In this document: piece after piece, positions 56,369 to 64,000 of the stretch
Numbering within the stretch: position 1 is the first letter of the stretch
Layout: every line of letters starts with the position of its first letter
DNA from: an uncultured virus (IMG/VR IMGVR_UViG_3300046030_000062)
Taxonomy: Duplodnaviria; Heunggongvirae; Uroviricota; Caudoviricetes
Length of the DNA stretch: 64,000 nucleotides
Reading direction: 5' to 3' (one strand)
Virus record (IMG/VR): IMGVR_UViG_3300046030_000062
Notes under the pieces: model-generated
Database searches by the model: none
Told to the model about the DNA's origin: nothing
What the model saw: only the letters and a program-made list of their open reading frames with translations
Position numbers and translations under genes: made by a program

Positions 56369-57754
56369 TCAAATCAGGTCAATGAACCGAGTCTCGGTCG
56401 TACCATCCTCATATTCGAATGTCACCTCGATACCGACCTGGCCGTTGTCGCCCATAGATAAATCCTCGGACGCGATCTGGCAGGAGAAGGTATAGCTGTC
56501 GCGGTTTGCCGGAGTGACGGTCTGCGTCAGGCTCTTTGTCGTATTGAGAACACCTTCGCATTTGAAGGATGCGGTTCCGGAGACGCCGTTTTCCGTATCC
56601 ACCTCGAATCCGGAATTCTCCCAGTAAGAAAATCCTGAGTCGGCTCTTGAGTTTCTCAGATGGTTGAACGGGACAAGGTCCTTCATCTCCTGGCTGTCGA
56701 CGAGGTTCGCACCGGCTAACGTGTCGGCGGCGGCATCCCACTGTGAGGAGGAGTCGCCGAGCTCCCGGAGGGTGGTCGACAGTTCGAGGACGGTGTTCCA
56801 CGGTTCGCGCAGGTTGTACTCCCGGCGCACGATCCTTGTCTTGATGGAAAGGTCCAGCTCGTCGTCCTTCACGGTCACGATGTCGCCGAGCTTCCATGTC
56901 TCGTGCCCGTAGCCGGTGAGGACGGAGAGGTCCATCGCGTTCAGGACGTAGGAGATGCGCGGTGCGGCGTAATCTGCCAGTCTCATCTCGGCGTATTCCA
57001 GCATCTGATAAGGATTTGTGAAGCTGGAGCAGTCGAGCGTTGATACCCGGATTTCGTTTGTATAAGTCGTGTCCTCGACATATTCCTTGCCGTCATTGAT
57101 ACTTGCGAAGGTCATACCGTCCTTGCCATAAGCGTACAGCCGGGTGATCAGGCTCTGCGTATCGATGACGCGCTTTATCGACTTCATGTTCTTCTTGTAA
57201 CAGAACAGTGCTCCGGAGTCCGTCCCGCTGAAGGTCAGCAGGCTCACGGTCTTGTTGGCATTATCGAAAATCAGATCGCCGCCGTGAAGGTTCTGCACCT
57301 GACGGAGGATAGCCAGCGCGTTTTTCTCCTGACAGGTCCATGTGCGCTTCGTGCGGGTGGTAACCGTACCGAGCGTCCAGTCCGTGTCCTTCAGGGCATA
57401 TTCAATCGGCACATCAGCGGTATCGGCATTGAATGTGGTCTCTGCCTTCTTGACAGAAAAGCCGAGGTCGTAGAATGCTGCCTCGGCATACACAGAGGTG
57501 ATCGTTGTGCCTTGTTCATTTTTCTCATCGGTCAGAGTCCTTATGCGGTAGGCATCATCGCCGACCTTGACCTGTTTCTCGTTTTCGAGATATTTCCTTT
57601 TCTCATCCCGGAAGGGCAGGTTAAATTCCAGCGTGTCGATGCCGTTTATCTCGCCGGTAATGATGATGTCGTAGGCGTTGTCGAGGACGGCTTCCTGACT
57701 GCCGTTCTGGTCGAGGACCACAAGTTTTGTATCAGCCACAGCCGTCATCTCCAT
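56369..57754 (-). CDS. Tal-like tail protein without the LamG module
   Basis: Aligns to the C-terminal ~455 aa of 8712-11234. Confidence 0.8.
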   Translation of the reverse strand: MEMTAVADTKLVVLDQNGSQEAVLDNAYDIIITGEINGIDTLEFNLPFRDEKRKYLENEKQVKVGDDAYRIRTLTDEKNEQGTTITSVYAEAAFYDLGFSVKKAETTFNADTADVPIEYALKDTDWTLGTVTTRTKRTWTCQEKNALAILRQVQNLHGGDLIFDNANKTVSLLTFSGTDSGALFCYKKNMKSIKRVIDTQSLITRLYAYGKDGMTFASINDGKEYVEDTTYTNEIRVSTLDCSSFTNPYQMLEYAEMRLADYAAPRISYVLNAMDLSVLTGYGHETWKLGDIVTVKDDELDLSIKTRIVRREYNLREPWNTVLELSTTLRELGDSSSQWDAAADTLAGANLVDSQEMKDLVPFNHLRNSRADSGFSYWENSGFEVDTENGVSGTASFKCEGVLNTTKSLTQTVTPANRDSYTFSCQIASEDLSMGDNGQVGIEVTFEYEDGTTETRFIDLI

Positions 57755-59649
57755 CTGCTCCGTGCCTGTATCGTTAATTTCTTAAAAGCCGACTCTCCGG
57801 GCGTAGAGATCGTAATATTTCTTACCGTTGGTGTTACCGATGAATCCGTCGTCGCAAGCGTCACACGGAACCTGATGTACTTTGCCGAATCAGACTGGAT
57901 CAGACCGACTGAATCCGGCGTTGCCCAGTCACTCCAGGTGGAAAGATCATCCGATGTGGATGTTTCCAAAACGACAGATGTTCCTGTCGGAGTATCAGCG
58001 GAAACCGCAGCATAGCATTTCCCAGTGATGCCATATTCCACAGCGGCGGTCGTAAGATAGCCGCTCGTCGCGTAGACAGAATCAGTCGCTTTGAGCGTCA
58101 CCGTATCCGAGGCCGTAAGCCCGTCCACATCCGCCGTAGAATCCGCCGCGTTTGCCGAAAGCGATTCCTGAAACCACAGAGCGATATCGTCCGCCGTCAG
58201 TGAGGAGTCGCAGTCTAAGAACCAGTCGTCAAAGTTTCCAGCGAACCAGTAGGAATCGGCATGCATTCCCCAGATGAGGTCAGCCGTGCAGGAGCGGTTC
58301 AGCTCGCCGGAATAACTCGTCTCATCAGATATCCAAACTTCTCCTGATGAGCGGCTGCCAAGGACATACTGCGCCACCTTGTCGTCCGGTCGTATGACAG
58401 CGGCAAGGAAATACCACTGTCCGTTTGTCAGCGTGATGCTCGGCGTGTAGTCCTTGTCGAGGATCAGCGTCCCGGATGAGTTGTACAGCATCAGTCTCGG
58501 CTTCCCGGAATGCAGCGACAGGTAGAATATCGGATTGCCGGAGCCGTACCGGGTATTGAGCAGTGGGCAAAAGGTATTTCCGACGGAATAGGTCGTAGGC
58601 ATGAACCATCCGCCGACAACGAGCGTCTTGCCGATATTTGCAAAGATCGTGCCGTCATTGCTGACCTTGAGATAGGACTGCTCTGTGGACGGATTATTGA
58701 TGTTCATGCGGAAGGAGCGACCGAGGTGTCCGGTCTGAAGTGACGCTGTCGTGCCGCTCCAGTTATTGATATATGCCTTGCGGTCATTTCCGGATGAATC
58801 AGCGAGATAATACTCGGAATCTGGCGCTGACTCGTTGAACCGCCACAGGCCGTCCGCTCCCCATGAAGAAGGAACCTGACCGGTGAACTTGTCCTGCGAA
58901 TTTAATGTCTGTACCGTTACCTGCGTGGTGCTGTCCGCTTCAACCTTTACCGTATTATCGTCGACCTTGAGCGCCGGGAAGTTTAAGCTCTCCAGAAGCG
59001 GCAGGCCGTTTCGGAGCGTATTGCCGTCAGCGTCCGTGACCTTCGCAGTCATAAGCGAGGAGTCGATTACAAGAATCTCGCTTTCCGTAAGCACGCCGTT
59101 TATCTGCAGGCTGCTGCCGTTCGTGGTGATGATGGTGCTCTTTCCCTTGGCAAGGTCGGCTACAACGGAATAGACCGGAAGGGAGTCGGCGTTACCGAGG
59201 GAACGGCTGACTGTATGCTCGCCGGTATCTGTTATCTCGTAGGTTTCATCATTCTCCGCATACGCATACGGATCAGGGCATAAAAATGTCAGGTCGAAGG
59301 TGCAGGAGTTCCGCACGGCCTTGTCGAAGGAAAATCCGCCCTCAAGCCTTGCCTGATACACCCGTCCCGGCTCCTTGTCGAGGATGAGCGGGCATAGTCC
59401 GATGTCGGGATTAAGCCACGCGATGATCTCATCCTTCCGGGCGAGAAAGTCCTCGTCAGACTTGCCCGGCGGTATAAAGCAGGATATTTCTATCTTGCGT
59501 TCGCCGATGGTTTCTCCAAAGTCGAATACGCCCTCGCGTCCGGGAACGGTGATCGTATTGTTTGTAAAGTCCGGCATGCGGTTCTCGGCAGTCTGCCGGG
59601 TAGCAAGTTCCATCGACTGGGAAGTTATGCCGTTGAATTTAAAGCCCAT
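57745..59649 (-). CDS. Evolved Dit with inserted LamG-like module
   Basis: Dit N-part, then GLWRFNE... module, then Dit terminus LTIQARSRWR. Confidence 0.85.
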   Translation of the reverse strand: MGFKFNGITSQSMELATRQTAENRMPDFTNNTITVPGREGVFDFGETIGERKIEISCFIPPGKSDEDFLARKDEIIAWLNPDIGLCPLILDKEPGRVYQARLEGGFSFDKAVRNSCTFDLTFLCPDPYAYAENDETYEITDTGEHTVSRSLGNADSLPVYSVVADLAKGKSTIITTNGSSLQINGVLTESEILVIDSSLMTAKVTDADGNTLRNGLPLLESLNFPALKVDDNTVKVEADSTTQVTVQTLNSQDKFTGQVPSSWGADGLWRFNESAPDSEYYLADSSGNDRKAYINNWSGTTASLQTGHLGRSFRMNINNPSTEQSYLKVSNDGTIFANIGKTLVVGGWFMPTTYSVGNTFCPLLNTRYGSGNPIFYLSLHSGKPRLMLYNSSGTLILDKDYTPSITLTNGQWYFLAAVIRPDDKVAQYVLGSRSSGEVWISDETSYSGELNRSCTADLIWGMHADSYWFAGNFDDWFLDCDSSLTADDIALWFQESLSANAADSTADVDGLTASDTVTLKATDSVYATSGYLTTAAVEYGITGKCYAAVSADTPTGTSVVLETSTSDDLSTWSDWATPDSVGLIQSDSAKYIRFRVTLATTDSSVTPTVRNITISTPGESAFKKLTIQARSRWR

Positions 59650-62366
59650 CAGATCACCGATCCTTTCGCGCGTCTGCTTGCCACCAGCAGGTTGTTGAGC
59701 TGCTGAGAGATTTTCCGTATGTCGTCGTCACTGCGGACGCTCATCGTCTCGATGTTGATGAGCGGGCCGTTGTTTCCGGCGGAGACGTCGCTTACGGCGT
59801 CGCGGATCATGGAGCGAAGCGATCCTGTGCCGACGACGGCCTCGTCCCCGGCCTCGCCTCCGCCAAGGAGCGTGCCATTCGACTGTCCGAAGATCGTCGC
59901 GTCCTTCAGGATCATGCCGCCTTCCATCGCCTTCTTGTACCAGGAGACGGAGAAGTGCGGGATGCTCGGCGGGTTCAGGCTGAAGCTGCCGGTTATGGAG
60001 AAGTGCGGGAGCTTGATCTTCGGCAGGCTCCATTTGAAGTTGAAGACGCTCTTGAGTTTCCCGACGATCCCGGAAACGAAGCTCCAGATGCCGTTGAACA
60101 CAGAGGAGAACGTCCCCTTGATGCCGTTCAGGATTCCGGAGATCGTGCTCTTGATCGCGTTGAACGCGCCGGTGATGCCGCTCTTCATGGCGTTCACGAC
60201 CGTCATCACAGCAGACTTGATTTCGTTCCAGATTGACGTCACGACGGATTTCACGCCGTTGAAAACCGTTGAGGTGACCGTCGTTATCCCATTCCAAGCC
60301 GTAGTAACCACAGTCTTTATGGCATTGACCACAGTCGTGATGGCTGTCTTTATGGCGTTCCATACGGTCGTAACCACGGTTTTTATCGCGTTCAGCACCG
60401 TGGTTATCACAGTTTTATAGATATTGAAATAAGTCGTCACGACAGTCTGTATTGCAGAAAATATTGTGGTGAAGAATGTCTTGATGCCATTCCAGACCGT
60501 CTGGATCACCGTGCTGATGGCATTCATCACGGTTGTTGCGACAGTTTTTATTCCATTCCACGCACCGGACAGAAAGCTGCTGATTCCGTTTACAGCCGAT
60601 GTGAATACATTCTTGATTGCCTCCCATATTGTGACGAAGAAGTCCTTCAGCGCCGTAAACACAGTGACTGCGACTTCCTTGATGTTGTCCCAGAGATTTA
60701 TCCAGAAGTTCCGGAAGCTCTCACAGTTGTTCCAGAGATAAATAAATGCGGCTACCAGCAGTCCGATTGCTGTGATAATCAGCCCGATAGGATTCGCTGC
60801 CATTACGCCGTTTAACGCGGCCATGCCGGTTTTCACCACAGCCATCGCCGAGGATATCTTCGGGATGATCGTGAGAATCGTACCGACCGATGTGATGAGC
60901 TTGCCGACTACAATCAGCACAGGTCCGACTGCAGCCGCGACAAGGGCGATCTTTACAATGGTCTCCTGAACGGGAGCGGGGATGGAATTCCACACATCTG
61001 CAAACCGCTGGAGGGCAGCCGAGATATCCTGCAGCACCGGCTGAAGGACGGTCGCGAGGCTGTTTCCGATATCCGCGCCGACTTCCTTCAGCGAGTTCAG
61101 CGTCATCTGAAACTGGTCGATAGGATCGAGGGTTTCATTAAATGTGTTGTCGACGCTTCCCGCAAAGTCGCCGAGAGAGCCGGATAAATCATCAAGGTTC
61201 AGCTTCCCGGTCTGCACGGCATTGTAGATTGCCGCACCTGCCTTGCTGCCGAATAGGTCATAGGCGGCGGATAGCTTATCAGTATCGGATGCATTGGAAT
61301 TCATCGTCTCCGAAAAATTCTTCATCGCATCGTCAAGGGAGATGCCGTCATCGGCGGCGTTCTTCATGGCTTTCTTAAGACCTGCCATAGCAGTGGAGGT
61401 ATCAAGACCTGACATCTCGACCATGCCCATGAATCCGGCAGCCTCCTGCGCGGTCAGTCCCATTTCCTTGAACTGCGCCGCGTTCTGGGAGAGGTCGTTG
61501 GCAAGCGTATCCATTGAGATACCGGTCGCCTGACCTGTGGCGTTCAGAGCATCGAGGAGGTTCCCGGCATCGTTTGTTGACTGGCCGAAGGCGTTTAGAA
61601 CCGAGGAGACGTTATCGACAGAGGTCGAAACATCCGTATCGTTCAGAGATGCGAATTTGATAAACTTCGCTGAAAGGTCGTCAAGGGCCTGCCCGGTAAG
61701 TCCGAAACGGGTATTGACCTCGCCGACTGCGGAGCCAGCGGTTTCAAAATCAGTCGGGATTTCTGTAGCCAGGTCCTTTACGATCTGGTTCATTTCCTCG
61801 AGGGCATCTCCGGTAGCGCCGGTTTTCTGTTCGACGATATCAAGCCCGGAATCCACCTCGCTGAACGCCGCGAGAGAAGCCGCGCCGATAGCAGCAATCG
61901 GAGCCGTCACGCCTTTGGAGAGAGATTCGCCCACGCCGGATATTTTCCCGCCGACCTCCTGCATCTTGGAGCCGGTTTCTTTGAGCGTCGCCTCGATAGA
62001 GGAGTCGGTATTCTTGACTTCCTTCTCGAGGTTCTTCAGCTCGTTCTCGGTTTCGATGATTTCCCGCTGCCACGCGTCATACTGCTGTTGCGTGACGGTG
62101 CCGTTTTTCAGGCCTTCATCCATCTGGTCCTGGACGGATTTGAGCTGGGAGAGCTTATCCTTTGTTTCCGTGATAGCGGTCTGCAGGAGCTTCTGCTTCT
62201 GCTCGAGCAGAGTGGTGTTGGTCGGATCGAGCTTCAGGAGCTTATTCACATCCTTCAGCTGTGTCTGGGTGCTTTTGATTTCCTTGTTGACGCCAGACAG
62301 AGCCTTCGAGAGGCCGGTCGTATCGCCGCCAATTTCAACAGTTATGCCTTTAATTCTGTCAGCCAT
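59649..62366 (-). CDS. Tail tape measure protein
   Basis: Homolog of 12022-14742, nearly the same length. Confidence 0.92.
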   Translation of the reverse strand: MADRIKGITVEIGGDTTGLSKALSGVNKEIKSTQTQLKDVNKLLKLDPTNTTLLEQKQKLLQTAITETKDKLSQLKSVQDQMDEGLKNGTVTQQQYDAWQREIIETENELKNLEKEVKNTDSSIEATLKETGSKMQEVGGKISGVGESLSKGVTAPIAAIGAASLAAFSEVDSGLDIVEQKTGATGDALEEMNQIVKDLATEIPTDFETAGSAVGEVNTRFGLTGQALDDLSAKFIKFASLNDTDVSTSVDNVSSVLNAFGQSTNDAGNLLDALNATGQATGISMDTLANDLSQNAAQFKEMGLTAQEAAGFMGMVEMSGLDTSTAMAGLKKAMKNAADDGISLDDAMKNFSETMNSNASDTDKLSAAYDLFGSKAGAAIYNAVQTGKLNLDDLSGSLGDFAGSVDNTFNETLDPIDQFQMTLNSLKEVGADIGNSLATVLQPVLQDISAALQRFADVWNSIPAPVQETIVKIALVAAAVGPVLIVVGKLITSVGTILTIIPKISSAMAVVKTGMAALNGVMAANPIGLIITAIGLLVAAFIYLWNNCESFRNFWINLWDNIKEVAVTVFTALKDFFVTIWEAIKNVFTSAVNGISSFLSGAWNGIKTVATTVMNAISTVIQTVWNGIKTFFTTIFSAIQTVVTTYFNIYKTVITTVLNAIKTVVTTVWNAIKTAITTVVNAIKTVVTTAWNGITTVTSTVFNGVKSVVTSIWNEIKSAVMTVVNAMKSGITGAFNAIKSTISGILNGIKGTFSSVFNGIWSFVSGIVGKLKSVFNFKWSLPKIKLPHFSITGSFSLNPPSIPHFSVSWYKKAMEGGMILKDATIFGQSNGTLLGGGEAGDEAVVGTGSLRSMIRDAVSDVSAGNNGPLINIETMSVRSDDDIRKISQQLNNLLVASRRAKGSVI

Positions 62367-62381
62367 ACAGACCTCCTCTCG

Positions 62382-62546
62382 TTAGAATCTGTCCATCATT
62401 TCCTGTGTCGCGATTTCCGGGTAATCCCAGTCGTCGTTGCTCATTTCGGCATACATATCGTTGACCGTGCCGATGGTGAGCAGGTCAAGTTCAGAGATAC
62501 TCAATCCGATCTGCACACACCGCAGCAAAAAGAGCGGAGTCGTCAT
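62382..62546 (-). CDS. Tail assembly chaperone extension (gpT-like)
   Basis: MTTPLFLLRCVQIGL...; homolog of 14761-14925. Confidence 0.75.
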   Translation of the reverse strand: MTTPLFLLRCVQIGLSISELDLLTIGTVNDMYAEMSNDDWDYPEIATQEMMDRF

Positions 62547-62920
62547 TTCCCGCTCTGTCTGGCGATGCTTTTTTTAGAACTGACCTGCTGTTCGGTATTC
62601 AGTCCCCACAGCTCGATAATCTGCGGGAGTATCTCGTAAATCGAGAAAGTATTGAATGCGTCGAGCCATTCCTCCGGCGTATCGGGAACAGATGAATCCG
62701 CATGCTTTGCCATGAGCCATGCGATGTTCTCGAAAAGCTCCAGAGAGAAGGTGTCGAGATTTGAATTCTCGGCGTTGCTCTCATCGATGCCTTTCTGCAG
62801 CTCGTTTAAGTCCCGGTAGATATCCCGGTGAAACTTATTTCTGTAAAGCCGCGGAATAGCGGCGGAGGCACGGAATGTGACCTCCTGACCGTCAATCGTG
62901 ATAGTTTTTGTTACTGCCAT
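62543..62920 (-). CDS. Tail assembly chaperone (gpG-like)
   Basis: Homolog of 14922-15299. Confidence 0.82.
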   Translation of the reverse strand: MAVTKTITIDGQEVTFRASAAIPRLYRNKFHRDIYRDLNELQKGIDESNAENSNLDTFSLELFENIAWLMAKHADSSVPDTPEEWLDAFNTFSIYEILPQIIELWGLNTEQQVSSKKSIARQSGK

Positions 62921-62931
62921 ATCTCGTCACC

Positions 62932-63528
62932 TCACTCAGTAGTAGAGCCGCTCGTTGTCGCGCTCGCGCTCGGCTCGTAGACCTTGTCGTACCAGGCGTT
63001 GTAAACAGCGTCCGTGGTATTCGTGCCGGTCTTGACCTTCACGAGTCCGGAAGGCAGCGGAGAAACAGTCAGCGACAGCGTTTCGGTCTGGACTTCTGTG
63101 GAGTCCTCCTTGGTCTGACCGGAAACAGAAGGTCTTGTCGCAGAGCAGTAATACATGCAGTGGCGGATCTTCCGCTGATCTCCGGAAAACTCGAAAAGCA
63201 GAGCGAAATGCTCCGGCTCGACATCCTTGTTCTCGACAATCACGCCATTCGCGTCCTCAGTCTCATGCATGACGTCCGTGAGGAAACTCTCCGGAATCAG
63301 CGCGAGCTCGAAGTCGCCGGAATATCCGTTATTGTTCGATACCATGTAGTAAACAGAATCATCCGCATAGAACGGATCGTTGTCGCCCTCAGCATCGAGG
63401 GACAGGCTGACCGCTCCTGGCATAGCCACAGGTGTCGCAAATGTCACGGTGCCATCCTCGGCAAGCGTCGCAATGGCGTAGTGGCAGTTCTTCAGGCCGA
63501 ACTTGACCTTGTTCTTTGTGTTAGCCAT
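62932..63528 (-). CDS. Major tail protein (phi13 family)
   Basis: NKVKFGLKN, FYADD motifs. Confidence 0.9.
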   Translation of the reverse strand: MANTKNKVKFGLKNCHYAIATLAEDGTVTFATPVAMPGAVSLSLDAEGDNDPFYADDSVYYMVSNNNGYSGDFELALIPESFLTDVMHETEDANGVIVENKDVEPEHFALLFEFSGDQRKIRHCMYYCSATRPSVSGQTKEDSTEVQTETLSLTVSPLPSGLVKVKTGTNTTDAVYNAWYDKVYEPSASATTSGSTTE

Positions 63529-63533
63529 AATCG

Positions 63534-63860
63534 TTAACCTCCAATAATCTCAGTTTGATAAAGAACCTCGTACATCTTTTCGTCCTCAATCCAGACCTCG
63601 GACTTCTCATAGGGAAGCTCGTGAGCGGTCAGGATATCCTCGATTTTCGATTCGATGTCAGGGTCCTTCTTGTCTGTGTAAAGCTCGATATTCAGTTCAT
63701 CGATTTTCTGCCAGACCACGTTGTCCGCGAAAACATTGTCGCTTCCCGGAAAGAGGAAGCAGGTGAAGGGCGGATCGGGAGACTCGCCCTCGGCAAAGTG
63801 GTCGTAGGCTGTCGGCAGGCCGGATTCTTCGAGCATGGTTACTATTTCGTCGTAAGTCAT
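63534..63860 (-). CDS. Tail terminator/completion protein
   Basis: Homolog of 15910-16236. Confidence 0.75.
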   Translation of the reverse strand: MTYDEIVTMLEESGLPTAYDHFAEGESPDPPFTCFLFPGSDNVFADNVVWQKIDELNIELYTDKKDPDIESKIEDILTAHELPYEKSEVWIEDEKMYEVLYQTEIIGG

Positions 63861-64000
63861 CCTTTCAGTTTCTCCTCCAATGTCTGCACGAGCTTTTCGT
63901 TTCCGCGTTCCTCAGCAGCGGCGATGTGCGGACGGGCGGCGACTCTGCCTCCGCCTCGCTTGGCATGGCCATGCTCCAGAAGGTGCGCTATCTGATAGCG
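63857..64000 (-). CDS. HK97 gp10-like protein (3' part, cut by window edge)
   Basis: AHLLEHGHAKRGGGRV; homolog of 16233-16619. Confidence 0.8.
   Translation of the reverse strand, partial: RYQIAHLLEHGHAKRGGGRVAARPHIAAAEERGNEKLVQTLEEKLKG

Larger units (their letters stand above)
47207..64000 (-). mobile_element. Prophage 2 (left part; continues beyond the window)
   Basis: Same gene order as prophage 1 from recombinases to neck genes, with diverged sequence. Confidence 0.92.

Noticed and set aside
56356..56371. Stop-codon readthrough fusing Tal to the small downstream ORF
   Set aside because: In frame in prophage 2 (12-nt gap) but out of frame in prophage 1 (13-nt gap), and both have a strong RBS, so separate translation is more likely.
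47729..64000. Prophage 2 as an assembly duplication of prophage 1
   Set aside because: Pervasive synonymous and amino-acid differences and a different Dit/Tal architecture.

Overview
This window holds two related temperate siphovirus-type prophages in tandem, both transcribed mainly on the minus strand; the gene content is typical of Firmicutes (Clostridia-like) elements. Prophage 1 (~1-41.8 kb) looks complete, with a two-serine-recombinase integration module, lysis, tail, HK97-type head and packaging, DNA methylase, and a PolA/primase/SNF2 replication module. Where a cI repressor would normally sit, it has a divergent plus-strand four-gene module (37.7-41.8 kb). A mosaic cargo stretch follows (truncated KdpD-like and TrkA fragments, TrkH, IS30, small HTH), then a junction carrying the 3' end of rlmD/rumA (HVETVVLMSR), then the left part of prophage 2 (47.7-64 kb). 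The best candidate for a new system is the divergent module: two adjacent, translationally coupled genes share the peptide Q-x-G-x5-IPNYGTIN, at the C-terminus of the first and the N-terminus of the second, encoded with different synonymous codons. That layout matches amyloid-signalling gene pairs, and the pair sits upstream of an HTH gene and an RloC-like ABC ATPase. Other findings are a LamG-like module that moved between Tal and Dit, a split beta-sandwich with two alternative completing genes, two phage-specific promoter-like motif families, and an array of degenerate att half-sites. All family names come from motif recognition by eye; no database searches were run.
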